A stretch of DNA of 64,000 nt, from contig NC_058383.1 of assembly GCF_018350175.1 (NCBI RefSeq), positions 26,352,001 to 26,416,000 of the forward strand, written 5' to 3'. Origin of the DNA: Felis catus. Taxonomy: Eukaryota. The notes beneath the pieces are model-generated. The model had not been told where the DNA came from and made no database searches. It was given only the letters and a program-made list of their open reading frames with translations. This document shows, piece by piece, positions 1 to 12,203 of the stretch. Position 1 is the stretch's first letter, and each line of letters opens with the position of its first letter. The position numbers and the translations under genes were made by a program.

Positions 1-334
1 AATAAAGTGTCTGACTGTATAGCAAACCAATTCAAGCATGACTTTTAATGAAATGGAACAGATTCCATTCCATCTGTATGTAGCTTCTCCCTTGACAGCA
101 AAGGATATTATCATGAAAGTAGCCAGGGTCTCTGGGACCTCTTCAGCTCAGTGGAGGAACTACTGTCTCCTCTAAGTACAGTAGCTAAAATAAATCACTT
201 TTGCTGTAAGGTGACAGCTGCATTTAGAAGACAACTTGCATTCTCAAAAACCACATTATAAAAATAGAGGTTTTGAACGGGCCATTGGAAGGGATGGTAT
301 TAAAGCTGGAGAGTTTCAGACTCATCACCATGGG

Positions 335-545
335 AAAGTCAGTATGATAAAATGATTAAGTGTTTCAAAGTCAAACTGCCTGAACCAAGTCCTAATTCTA
401 CTGCTTACAAATGATGTGACCTTGAAGAGGTTATTTAACCTCCATAAGCCTCAATTTCTCCATCTGAAAAATTGAGATAATAATAGTACCCATCTCACTG
501 GATTGTTTCAACAAATATTAGATAAGGTACGCAGATCTCTTTGTA
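335..545. mobile_element. MIR-like ancient SINE fragment
   Basis: Degenerate MIR core: gtgaccttg...cctcaatttctccatctgaaaaattgagataataatagtacc. Similar fragments recur, e.g. at about 1390-1590, 7130-7350, 47480-47670, 58480-58610 and 62240-62500. Confidence 0.7.
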
Positions 546-779
546 AACTAGAAAGTGATCTAAGAATGATAGTTACTATTCTGATACTCCTACGTATGTG
601 CTACAGGCTCACTGACAAGGTAATGGGTTTCTAGGGGCAGAAAAATGAGGGCAGACTCTGGGTCTGACTCTTCTCCCACTAGTCTGATCTTAAGTAGATC
701 ATTTCCTATCTTGAGTCTTCAGTTTCTTCATCTGTTAAATGCATACAGTGCTTGACACATGGAAGGAGCTCAATAAATC

Positions 780-1006
780 TTGGATGGCTGGAGGAAGAGA
801 GAAGGGGATGAGCAGATAAGCAGCTGGATGGGGAAGAGAGAGGAATAGTAATGGACGGATGGATGGGAAGATGGATGAACAAAAGGAGGGGTGGATACCT
901 GGACTGATGGATGGAAAGATAAATGGATTGATGGGGATAAAGAGTGACGAAAGGATGGGTAGATGGTTGGGTTATCAGATAGATGGCAAGTTGGATGGAT
1001 GGATTG
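780..1006. repeat. Degenerate (GGAT)n / purine-rich simple repeat
   Basis: Repeated ggat/gatg units just upstream of the SYT17 exon. They explain ORFs 706-1089, 770-1081 and 859-1134. Confidence 0.85.
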
Positions 1007-1052
1007 AGTTTCATGAGCTCCAACATTGTATAATGCTGTGTCTGATTCCCAG

Positions 1053-1208
1053 ACCCGTTTGTGAAAATCCAGCTGGTACATGGACTCAAGCTTGTGAAAA
1101 CAAAGAAGACATCCTTCTTAAGAGGAACAATTGATCCTTTCTACAATGAATCCTTCAGCTTCAAAGTTCCCCAAGAAGAACTGGAAAATGCCAGCTTAGT
1201 GTTTACAG
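1053..1208 (+). CDS. SYT17: Synaptotagmin-17, penultimate coding exon (part of C2B domain)
   Basis: Acceptor ttcccAG (1051-1052) and donor GTacgt (1209). 156 nt, phase 1/1. Translates (D)PFVKIQLVHGLKLVKTKKTSFLRGTIDPFYNESFSFKVPQEELENASLVFT, which has the C2 signatures DPFVK and PFYNESFSF. Joins in frame to the exon at 32942. Confidence 0.96.
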
Positions 1209-1753
1209 GTACGTTGTGTTCCAGATCCTGATGATCTCCAGGTGAGGCTATTCCACTTATTGTCCTAAAAACAGAAGGTATGTAGAGAGGACAGTCTTTA
1301 AGAACTTCATGTCTGGTATTCAGCTACCTGGGTTTGAATTCATTTACCACTTGTGAACTTGGGCAAGATCCATAAAACTGTACAGCATGATTATTACAAA
1401 TGTAAACTTTGGAGCCAGGTTTCCTGGCGCTTCCACATAATTACTGAAGACTTGGGCAAGTAGCTTGGCCCCTCTGAGCCTCAGTTTCTTCACCTATGAA
1501 ATGGGCAATAATAGTACTTGCTTCATAGGTTTGTCGTGAAGACTAAGGGACTTACAACCTGGAAATAGTAATGAGTGCTCACTATGTTAGTTTTGGTTGC
1601 ATGATCATTCCAGTAGCTTATAGTCTAATAGGGAAACATGAGGAAATAGGGTCACCTAACTCAGGAGGATTTTGAAAGCCTTCCCAGAGGACATGGTGTT
1701 TAAGTAGAGGCTCCATGTGCCACTCTGGTTGAATTTAATCGGTTGTTTTCAGG

Positions 1754-2337
1754 GTGTATTAGTTATCTATTGCTGCAATACGAATTTAGTGACTTAAAAC
1801 AGTGAACATTTATTAAGCTCATAGTTCCTATGGCTCAGGAACCCAGGCATAGCGTTGCTCGGTGCTCCTGGCTGAGGTTATCTCACAAGGCTGCACTCAA
1901 GGTATTGGCTGGGGCTGCAGTCTCATCTTAATGCTCATCTGGGGGAGGATCTGTTTTTAAGCTTATGCACATAGTCAGCGGTTGGCAGGATTCCGTTTCT
2001 TGCAGTGGAGATGCATGGGATTGGAGGCTTCAGTTCCTTCCTGGATGTCAGCCAGTGACCTTCTTGTGTTTCTCATCATGTGGGCTTCTCCATGGGGTAA
2101 CTCACAGCATGACAGATGGCTTCCATCAGAGCAGGCACATGAGGGAGCAAGATGGAAGCCGGAGTCTTATTGTTAACCTAACCTTAGAAATGATGTCCCG
2201 TCACTTTTGCCATATTCTGTTCAGTAAAAGCGACCCAGTGGGTCCAGCTCACCTTCTAGGGGAAGGGGATTACAGGAGGGTGTGAATACTGGAAGTTAGG
2301 GATCATTGGGAGCCATTTTGGAAGCTGGCTACCGCAG
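1754..2337. mobile_element. MLT1-type (ERVL-MaLR) solo LTR
   Basis: Begins tgtattagttatctattgctgc...gacttaaaaca and ends ggagccattttggaagctggctaccgca, which are typical MLT1 termini. Subfamily not assigned. Confidence 0.7.
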
Positions 2338-3628
2338 CATAGAACCAATAGAAGTAATGGTTTTTATCTCCTGTGTCCTCGTCATAGGAGGGGCTTCACT
2401 TATATTATCGCTAATACTCATCATGATTCCCCCTGTCAAGTCAGTATCATCCCTGTAGACTTACAGGGCTGGGGACTGAGACCAAGGCTTAAAACCTGAG
2501 CGAGCCACCCAGCGTCAGACTGGTAGAATCAAGATTCAGGCTCTAGTCTTCCTCGCTCCAAAGATGAAGGGGTCTGCCTTTCCCAAACGCGCAGGTAGTG
2601 CTGGCATTGGGGTTCTGGTATCACACTGAAGAGTCCTGCTCCAGAGTAGTTGAAAGCTTCATCCGTTTAGATCTAGTCTAAAACCCTTAGCTGCAGGTCT
2701 CCCAAGAAAGAAGGCTGTGGCTGAAAAGCCGTTGCATGTGAGGCTTCCTCTGCATGGGCTTATTGCTTCTCATCGCCAGGATTGCAAATGTGCTGTGCTC
2801 CAGGACTCCCCCGAGGCACGTTGGTTCTGGGTTTTCTAAGGGCCTGTCACCCAGAGAGTCTGCATCCATTCAGGGGATGCCTGCCCTAAGCAGACACGAC
2901 AGTCCTATCTGTTGCAGCCTGCGATGGCTGCTGTCCAAGGGTCCCACTCTCCCCAAGGTTTCAGGTGAAGACAGAAGACAGTGATTCCCCTGAATCTTTA
3001 AATGGTAGAGGGCAGGCAGTGGGAGCTTTATTGAACCAAGATAAGATCCAAGCATGGAATATGGATTCCCAAGGCCCTACTGAAAATAAAGGACTTAATG
3101 TTGCACGTGGAGATCAGGAGGGGGCCCAGGGGGCATTGAGTGCCCATAAGGGAAGCCCTGACACTTGTGTATTTTACTTAAGATTTTATGACAAAAGTAG
3201 CACACGCCTGTTACAACCAAAAGATGCGAATGGACAGAGAGTCAGAAGAGCAGGGGGGTTTAAATGCATGGGCTGTGGAGCCAGGGCCTGGGCCTTGGCT
3301 TTGTGGCCTTGAGCAAGATATGATGGCTATCAGTTGGACAACGTAGCTCTAGGTTTTACCTGGATTTATTTTCAGTTCTCGGTCATCCATAGCTTTTTTT
3401 TTTTTTTTAAAGAATGTTCTTATTTTTTTTGCGTCTTTAATCATCTCTTCTAAAATTTGAGCATTTATTGCTCTAACAGCTGTATGCTTACTAGGGTGTA
3501 AAATGAGTGTAACTACACAAGGACGTCTTGAAAGATTGTTATGTGGGTTAAATGAGAACAAGACATAATCTTTGCTAAGCACTGTGTCTAGTGCACAGCA
3601 GGCACTTAGTAACCGTTAACTATTATTA

Positions 3629-3673
3629 TTTTTTGTTTATTTATTTATTTTGAGAGAGAGTGCATGGGGGAGG

Positions 3674-3723
<50 letters not shown>

Positions 3724-4083
3724 CCCAAGCAGATGCCACCTTGTCCGCACAGAGCCCAACTTGAGGCTTGAACTCACGATTTCAAAATCATGACCTGAGC
3801 TGAAATCAAGAGTCAGATGCTAAACCGATTGAGCCGCCCAGGTGCTCCAGTAACTGTTAATTATTATTTAAAAAAAATTTTTTTTAACATTTATTTATTT
3901 TTTGATAGAGACAGAGTGTGAGTGGGGGAGGGGCAGAGAGAGAGGGAGACACAGAATCCGAAGCAGGCTGCAGGATCCCAGGTGTCAGCACAGAGCCGGA
4001 CGCGGGGCTCGAACTCACGGACCGTGAGATCATGACCTGAGCCGAAGTCGGACGCTTAAACCACTGAGCCACCCAGGCGCCCC
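3629..4083 (-). mobile_element. Two tandem Can-SINEs, the first with a long (GA)n
   Basis: tRNA-derived heads (rc of ggggcgcctgggtggctcag) at about 3848 and 4083, each with a CT-rich linker and A/T tail. The flank motif gttaa(c/t)tattatt occurs three times. Confidence 0.92.
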
Positions 4084-4265
4084 TGTTAATTATTATTAAA
4101 AGGCAGTTTTACTCTCTTCTTCATCCCCCTTCTAGTCCCTTCTCCCTTAAGTCACCGGTCACCACCTTGAGTGTCCTGGTATGCATCATTTCACACTTTC
4201 TCCCTTCTTCACACAAACATCATCCACATACAGAAAATTCAGCTCCTTTAAGAAGTTATTCATTA

Positions 4266-4460
4266 GGGATATCTGGGTGGCTGGTCGGTTTAGTGTCAGA
4301 TTCTTGATTACGGCTCAGGTCATGATCTCAGGGTTCGTGAGTTTGAGCCCGGCGTCCAGCTCTGTGCTGACAGTGTAGAGCCTGCTTGGGGTTCTCTCTC
4401 TCCCTCTCTCTCTGCCCCTCCCCCCTGCCGAAATCAATAAATAAACATTTCTTTTTAAAA
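4266..4460 (+). mobile_element. Can-SINE
   Basis: Diverged head, (CT)n and A tail. Flanked by the direct repeat aagaagttattcatta. Confidence 0.88.
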
Positions 4461-5077
4461 AAGAAGTTATTCATTAATTCAGGAAGTATGTATTGAGCAC
4501 GTGCGCTGTCCCAGACACTGTTTCCGAGGGCTGGGAATATAGCAGTGAACAAAACAGCCCCTGCTCTTCCTGCTCTCATGGAGCTTTTGGGACTGTTCTG
4601 TGGACACTACTCTGAAACTTGCTTTTGTTTCATTAACAAACGAATGTGTGCAGTCCCTCCAGGTCAATGCAAATGTTAGTGGGCCTAGCTCCTTATTTTT
4701 TATAATCGCATTATACGCCGTCCCCTGGTGTAATACAGAAACAGCAGAGATTACACATAGTGGGGGGCGAGGGACGGTGTGGGGAGGTCAGGGGCATGTG
4801 ACAGAGCTTGAGATAATGTGGTAAGAACCTTGCAGCAGAAAAATACCCAGAAGGACAGAAAGTTTTGACATCCGTTCAGAGGTGTTTTGAAGCCTTGAGT
4901 CCCGTATGTATGTGAACACCGTAGGGCAGAAGCCTCAAACTGGGGCAGCTCTCCCGCCCCCACCCCCATACATCTCTCAGTCACCCCCCTGCACTTATGG
5001 TGACAGTTATCAGACAAGGCCCGTGCTCTCCATTTGTGGAAGACCTGCTTCTCTTGTTTAAATGTTGGGGTTTTTGA

Positions 5078-5286
5078 GGGGTGCCTGGGTGGCTCAGTCG
5101 GTTGAGTATCTGACTTGGGTTCAGGTTATGATCTCACAGTTCATGAGTTCGAGGCCCCGTCAGGTTCTGTGCTGACAGCTCAGAGCCTGGAGCCTGCTTC
5201 TGATTCTGTGTCTCCCTCTCTTTCTGCCCATCCCCTGCTCGTTTTCTCTCTCTTTCTCTCTCAAATAAACATTTTTCAAAAATTTA
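5078..5286 (+). mobile_element. Can-SINE (feline type)
   Basis: Full head and tail. TSD taaatgttggggttt at 5059-5073 and 5287-5301. Confidence 0.92.
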
Positions 5287-5399
5287 TAAATGTTGGGGTT
5301 TCAGGCTCCTAGCTCGAGGGCACCTCTTGCCAGCTTAAAGCCCACTGAAAATATTCTTTCTAGAGAAGGAAGAATCTCAGGTCTCCCTGCCTTCTTCAC

Positions 5400-5600
5400 T
5401 AAGGGATTCTTAACTCTGGCTGTATGTACTTCAGAATCGACTGGGAGCTTTAAAGTGCTACCAATGGCCAGACCCCACTCCCAGAGACTCTGACCAACTG
5501 GACTGAGTCTGGGGTCTCAGCTCTCTCTCTGTATATGTGTATGTGTATTTTTAAAGCACCCCAGATGTTTAAAGCAACGCAGTCAGGGTTGAGAACCATA
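5400..5600. mobile_element. MER5A-like hAT-Charlie relic
   Basis: cagaatc...ccccactcccagagactctga...aagcaccccagatg...ggttgagaacca. Similar relics at about 11660-11790 and 22840-22990. Confidence 0.6.
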
Positions 5601-5673
5601 GCTGTGAGTGGAAATCCCAGCTGGGATGGCATTTTTCATGAAGGGCCCTGGCTGCAATAATAAAAGAAATGCA

Positions 5674-5904
5674 GGGGCGCCTGGGTGGCGCAGTCGGTTA
5701 AGCGTCCGACTTCAGCCAGGTCACGATCTCGCGGTCCGGGAGTTCGAGCCCCGCGTCGGGCTCTGGGCTGATGGCTCAGAGCCTGGAGCCTGTTTCCGAT
5801 TCTGTGTCTCCCTCTCTCTCTGCCCCTCCCCCGTTCATGCTCTGTCTCTCTCTGTCCCAAAAATAAATAAACGTTGAAAAAAATAAATAAATAAATAAAT
5901 AAAA
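5674..5904 (+). mobile_element. Young feline Can-SINE (SINEC_Fc-like)
   Basis: CpG-intact body with the diagnostic cttcagccaggtcacgatctcgcggtcc. Perfect TSD aataaaagaaatgcag at 5659-5674 and 5905-5920. Confidence 0.95.
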
Positions 5905-6384
5905 AATAAAAGAAATGCAGATTGAGCTAGTATCTATCTAGGCAGTTGAGGAATTGTCCTGAATTCAGATCTAGAATGTTCTAACTTGCTTTATTTATCA
6001 GCTAGGGGAAAGAGCTGTCACCTCCAGGCTAAAGATCTGAAACCTACCTATTAGCTTGTTTCCAAACACTTCCCAACCAAAGTAAGGTTGATCTGCACTT
6101 TGAGCATTTGTGGAGAATCCTGGTAAAAGCCTGTAATTAGCTGGTGGGCGGGGCTTTCTTGGCAGTTACTTTCCTGTGTGGGATGAGGGTTCTTCTGCAG
6201 TTTTCAATCAGGTGACTTCTGCAGCTGAAGTTTAAAAAGGGGGTGTGGGGTGGCTTTTCAACTCAGGGGGGAGAAACATGCAGCCCAAAGGTCTTCCGGG
6301 GAAAGTAAAGTGGATTTGGCCACTGTGGTTAGTGGGCTATTATTGGAAGTGGGGGAAGAAAAGAAGGAAAAATAGAAATGCAGA

Positions 6385-6997
6385 TTGATGGTGCCTCTGC
6401 AAAAAATTAAAAATAGAATTACTATGTGATCCAGCAATTGCGCTCTGGGTATATCCCCAAAAGAATCGAAAACAGGACTCAAAACAGACATTGGCGTATC
6501 CACGCTCATAGCGATATGATTCCCAGTAGCTAGAAGGTGGAAGCAGCCCAGGTGTCCGTCAATAGATGGCTACATGGATAAACAAAATGTGACCTGTCCC
6601 TTCAGTGGACTGTTATCCAGCCTTCAAAGGAGGGCAATGGTGACGTGCTACAAAGCGGATGAACCTTGAACGCATCCTGCTACATGAAATAAGGCAGATA
6701 TGAAAGGTCAAATGCTATATAATTCCATTTATATGAGATGCCTAGAGTAGACAAATTGATAGAGACAGAAAATAGAATAGAGGTTTAGCCGGGGCTGGGT
6801 GGGGGAGGAGAATGGGGACTAATTTGTTGGCGGGTGTGGAATTCTAGTTTGGGAAGATAAAAGCTTCTGGAGACGGATAGTGCGGTGGTTCTGCCACAAT
6901 CGGAATCATCTCAATGCCACTGCATTGAATACCTAAAAGTGTGTAAGGGTAAATTTTATGTTGCGCATATTTTATGACAATGTAAAGAACAAAAACA
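6385..6997 (+). mobile_element. Old LINE-1 3' fragment (L1MB-like; ORF2 end plus 3'UTR)
   Basis: aaaatagaattactatgtgatccagcaatt...ctgggtatatccccaaaagaa; tggataaacaaaatgtg; attccatttatatgaga...atagagacagaaa. Confidence 0.85.
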
Positions 6998-7522
6998 AGA
7001 AATGCAGCTGGAGCTCCACAGAACGCAGGCGGTTCAGAGTAGTACGTGGATGCTGAGGCTGGCCCCTTGCCGACTGTTTTCCTGAGAAAAGTCCCTGCCC
7101 TTTTATTGTCACTTGAACGACCTAAATGTCATGGTTAGGGGCCACGCCCTGGAGCCAGATGCCCAGGGGTTCGTTCTATGATCTTGGCGCTTGCCTTGAC
7201 CTCTTTTGTGCCTCACCTTCCTCATCTGTAAAATGGGGATAATGGTTCCTACATCAGTAGATTATTGTCAAGTCCAAACTGGGTTAATAATGTACACAAA
7301 GGCATAGAATGGTGCTTCGCTCAGAGAAAGTGCCCCATCAGTATAGCTATTATTATTATTACTCAGAAGACACCATATTTATATAGCTAGGTCCACCTTA
7401 AGGCTTTTCTGAAAGAAAGCAGGGCAGTACACACAAATAAATAATATTTTCTACCCACTTGCTAAACTTAAAGTCAGAGTTTCTGTGGAAAACCCAAAAA
7501 GGGAAGGAAAACTTACTTTATA

Positions 7523-7975
7523 GGGGCGCCTGGGTGGCTCAGTCGATTAAGTGTCCGACTTCGGCTCAAGTCATAATCTCCGGTTCATGGGTTCAAGCCC
7601 TGCGTTTGGCTCTGTGCTGACAGCTCAGAGCCTGGAGCCTGCCTCAGATTCTGTGTCTCCCTCTGTCTGCCCCTCCGCTGCTGGTGCTCTATCTCTCTCT
7701 CAAAAATAAAACAAACACTTAAAAAATACATATATTGGGGTGCCTGGGTGGCTCAGTCGGTTGAGCATCCGACTTTGGCTCAAGTCATGACCTCACGGTT
7801 CGTGGGTTCGAGCGCCACATCAGGCTCTGTGCTGACTGCTTGCTCAGAGCCTGGAGCCTGCTTCAGATTCTGTGTCTCCTTCCCTCTCTGCCCCTCCCCC
7901 GGTCACACTTTGTCTCACTCTGTTTCTCAAAAATAAATAAATGTAAAAAAATTTTTTTGAAAAAAAAAAAAAATT
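7523..7975 (+). mobile_element. Two tandem Can-SINEs
   Basis: Heads at 7523 and 7737, each followed by a CT linker and A tail. Confidence 0.92.
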
Positions 7976-9854
7976 ACATATATTATGTTGGGACTTTAAA
8001 AAATCCTGAGGCCCAGGCCCCAGGCCAGAGCAACTGAATGAGCCAGAGCATCTATGTTTGGGGAAGGAGAAGGGGGTATGTGTTTCACGGCTCCCCAGAT
8101 GATTCTCTTGCACAGCCTGGGTTAGCAGCATTCGCCCACACTGTTCTGCCTCCCTCCTCACCCCACTGTCTGCTTGGAGGCCTCCCAGGCCTCTCTTCAA
8201 GAGTGAGTTCCAAGGCACCTGGTCTGCTTCCATAATTGCTTGGCTTTCTGCAGCTCTAGCATCAAATTGGTTCATTGAATCTGCTGGTATGATGAGGTGG
8301 GCGGGGTCGAGTGGTGGAGGGTGAGATAGAAGGTCTGGAGCGATGCTGCTACCTTCGTGCCTGGGAAGACTTCAGGGCTGATCGGGCAGTGGAGGACCCG
8401 CTGGAAAAAGTGTTGGGGTTTGGGAAGCAGGACATTGAAGAAGCCGAGGGCTTCCAGCTGAGGACAGGAGAGGAGGCCAGTCTGAGAGGGGCAGAGCCTT
8501 TCTGCGAGAGCCAGAAACTCCCTCGAGATGGAGAGACGCTGTGGGCTTGTTCGGGGCCACAGATGTTCCCCAGCATCTGGCCTCAGCCCACCTCTGCCAC
8601 GCCTCCTCTCCAGCCTCCCCACAGCCTCTGTCTCCTCTCCCTGCCCAACTGACTGGGCACCAGGCTCAGCTCTGCCTCCTAGAGAAACGGGTGCACAGCC
8701 ATTCAGAGTATAGATCGGGGTGACACACGGCTTGGTTCACATAACACCCTTACCATGTAGCAAGTGCATGTGACCTTGGGTCAGGGACGTCCCTTTCCCG
8801 AACCTCAGTTTCCTCCTCTTACACCCTTCCGACCTCAGTACATCATATAAAAAGCTTTACACGGTGCCTTGTACACAGTTCGTGCTCCGTGAATACCAAT
8901 GTGATGGTGACGGTGATGATGACGGATGTTGCCATAGAGGAGCGGACGGACTCTGGAGTTATACAGACTTGGACTTGAATCTTGGCCCCACTGTTAGCCA
9001 GCTGTGTGACTTCAAGCAGAGGACTCCACCCCTCTGAGTCTGGACTTTCTCTTGTGTAAAATGTAGCAAATTATTCCTATGATGGGAAGTAAAGGCAAAT
9101 CAGCATGTGGCCTTGTCCACCCCAGAAATAGCCCCTTGGAAAATCATGCCTGTCATTTGAATAATTCCAGTGTGTAAGAGTTAAAATGCTGGCGCTTTTG
9201 AGGTTAATGGCTCGGCCCGGCTGCCTGTGGCTGTCTCCCTAGCCTAGCTCCCTCACCTAATCATCGTCACCCCAAAGCTGCCAGCTGGTACAGTGTCCAC
9301 GAGCCAGGGATTGACACGAAAGCTGTGCCAACTCAGCCATAGAACCAGACCGGCTTGTGCTCCCTGAAGTGCCCTGGGGTTGGCAGTGTGTGGGAGGACC
9401 CGGCGGTAGGCGCTTGTCTCCAGCCAAGACCCAGATCCGGTCACAGGAAGCGAGCAGCCGAGCATGAAGACCAAAGCCTCCACTTTCTGGACAGAGGGTA
9501 ATGAAAGTGGGCCCCTGTGGGCCAGAGTGTGGGGAAGATTGCAGAGAGGAAGGCAGCCCCAGAAGGAAGCCCATGAACTTACATATGAACTCCTGGGCTC
9601 ACCCCGAGCTGCTCGTGAGTGGATATGACCCTAAGCAGTACATGGGAGACTTTGAGAACCGAACTACAAAGTGTAGACTACCACCCGGGTCTGGAGCTGG
9701 CCCCTTGGGGACAGATAGGAATAGCACTGAAAAGACCTTGAAAACTAACTGACATTGGAAAAACAGCATATAGAAGGCGGGTTAGAACATGTGGTCTGAA
9801 CCTAACCTAGTCAGTTGCCTGATGCAACTGAAAAACCAATATATTTAGAAGGAT

Positions 9855-9857
<3 letters not shown>

Positions 9858-9885
<28 letters not shown>

Positions 9886-10071
9886 TTTTAAAATAATTTT
9901 TTATTATTTTCATTTTTGAGAGAGAGAGTGAGAGCAGGGTAGGGGCAGAGAGAGAGGGAGACAGAAGATTAGACGCAGGCTGCAGAGCCTGATGCAGGGC
10001 TTAAACTCACAAACCACGAGATCATGACCTGAGCTGAAGTTGGACACTTAATTGAGCCACCCAGGCGCCCC
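9858..10071 (-). mobile_element. Can-SINE with (TTTA)n tail, inserted in an old L1-like fragment (about 9720-10520)
   Basis: TSD tatttagaaggattta at 9842-9857 and 10072-10087. The flanks are A-rich and L1M-like (tccaggataca...gatgacccagatattggaat). Confidence 0.88.
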
Positions 10072-10997
10072 TATTTAGAAGGATTTAAACAAGACCTAGA
10101 GTCTCATGATATAATATTCAAAATGTCCAGGATACACTCCAGAATGACCTGGTTCACAAAGAACCAGCAAAGGCTGGCAAATTGTCAGAGGAAATATAAT
10201 CAGCAGGCACCCACTGCAAGATGACCCAGATATTGGAATGATCACACAGAGACGTTAGAGAAGTTCTTACAACCATGCTCCAAGAAGTAAGCGTGAATCC
10301 TCTTGGAAAGAATGGTATGGAGAGAATGTTGCAGGTTAGTAGAGAAACAGAAAAAAGAACCAAGTGGAAATTTTCGCACGGCAAAGTAGAATGACAAATC
10401 AGATATTCACTGGATGGGCTCAAAGGCAGAATGGAGATGAGGGAGGAAAGAGTGAACTTACAGACAGATCAAGAGAAATGATGTCCTGTGATCAGCAGAG
10501 TAAAAAGATTAGAGGGAAAGAGGAACAGAAGGGGAAAAGAGAGTATGGCGGGGACCATCAGGATGGGAGTGGGGGACTTACCCCCCAGACGTCCCATGAG
10601 TTCCTTACCAGGTTGCTGGACCACTAGCTCAGGGGCCCCACGACTGTCCTTCCCTTCCCAGAAAGCATTAGCAAGTCACGAGGAGGCAGTACCGTGCTGT
10701 GGTTGAATTCAGCCAGCCCTGGCCTCAGACCGTGACTGTGGGTCAGTGGCTTTGCCTTGGTGAGGCTCAGTTTCCTTGACTGAACAGTGGGGACATTATA
10801 TTTATCGTGAAACCCCTGTGAGTTCATTATCTCATTTGGTCTTTCAATAAACTTATAAAGTGGCCATTATTCATTGGGGAAACTGAAGCTCAGAGAAAGG
10901 GATTGCAGTGAGTCGAGCCAACTGCAAAGTCTGCGAGAATGGTCCCCACCAGACTGCCCTGTTCTCACTTCAGACCAGCCGGCTAGAAAGTCAGGTC

Positions 10998-11520
10998 CCT
11001 GTGACCGTGCAGTTTCAATGATGCACAAGAATGACTCACAGGACTCCAGAAGGTGTTACTTATGACTACAGTCTCATGGTGGCAGAAGGACACAAATGAA
11101 AATCGGCCCAGGAAGGAGACACACAGGGCAGAGTCCAGAACGGGTCCAGATGCGGAGCCTCCGGTCATTTTCTCCGCAAGGAGTCCTGGATGGCGCTGCC
11201 TCTTCCTGGTCACTAGGTGTGCACTGTGCATAGAATGTTAGCAATTAGGGGAGTTCACCGAGTCTTTGGTGTCCAGAACTTGTACTGGGGCTCCATCTTG
11301 CACTCTCTGACAGCTGAACTTCAGCCTCCAGCACCTCCCAGAGGTCCAGCTAATACCTCTCATCATCAGTTCCTCCAGGAGACCCCAAAGCTCTCCCCAT
11401 AAATCACATTGTCCAGTGGCCAGGGCCCTGAGGCAAACACAGCCCCTGCAGGATATTCCAGAAACCCGGAGATCACCTCCCAGGAGCCAAGGGCATAGAC
11501 CAGATCACTCTGTGGACACA
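10998..11520. mobile_element. MER21-like LTR fragment
   Basis: gactcacaggact...gaaggacacaaatgaaaatcggcccaggaaggagacacacagggcagagtcc. Related sequence at about 28900-29510 and 21710-22075. Family recognised by eye. Confidence 0.55.
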
Positions 11521-12001
11521 ATGAATTCTTTACTACGTAGGAAATAACTGGTCACTTGGGCCACGAGGTCATCCAGCTGGTGAATGGTTGGGCCAGGCTT
11601 CCAACCCAAGTTGTTTGGTTCCCAAGTCTTCCTCACTCTTAACCAAGTACACTTTGATAACTGTGTGAATCTCCTGGTGATCTTGTTAAAATGCAGATCC
11701 TGAGTCAGTAAGTCTGAGAGAGACCTGAGCCTCTGTGTTTCTAATAAGCTCCAGGTAACACCGATGCTGGCCTGAAGACCACGCTTTGAATAGTAGGAAG
11801 ACACTTCACCTGTTCTCCCAGCTTACCCCATTATGTCCAGGGCACAGAAGGCAGTGTGAGTTTGGAAAAAAGTACCACAGGGCAGGTCAAGTAGAGGATA
11901 TAGGATGAGAAGCTCACTTTTTTTTCCTAAGTGCCTTGAGAAGCCCTTGGAGGGTATTTGGCCAGGGAAGTGCTATGATCATGTTTTAAAGTATCAGTCC
12001 A

Positions 12002-12203
12002 GGGGCGCCTGGGTGGCCCAGTCAGTTAAGCATCCGACTCTTGATTCCAGCTCAGGTCATGATCACAGTGGTTTGTGGGTTCAAGCCCCACATCTGTGTT
12101 GATGGCAGAGCCTGCTTGGTATTCTGTCTCCCTCTCTCTCTGCCCCTCCCTTGTGCGCACTCTCTCTCTCACTCTCTCTCTAAGTAATAAATGAACATTT
12201 AAA
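12002..12203 (+). mobile_element. Can-SINE
   Basis: ggggcgcctgggtggcccagtc head, CT linker and tail. Confidence 0.9.

Noticed and set aside
706..1134. Overlapping ORFs of 91-127 aa
   Set aside because: They are produced by the (GGAT)n repeat. The real coding sequence is the SYT17 exon at 1053-1208 in another frame.
8311..8652. 113-aa acidic ORF that looks protein-like (MVEGEIEGLERCC...)
   Set aside because: Non-ATG start, no family I recognise, and no need for an extra SYT17 exon. A tBLASTn or PhyloCSF check would settle it.
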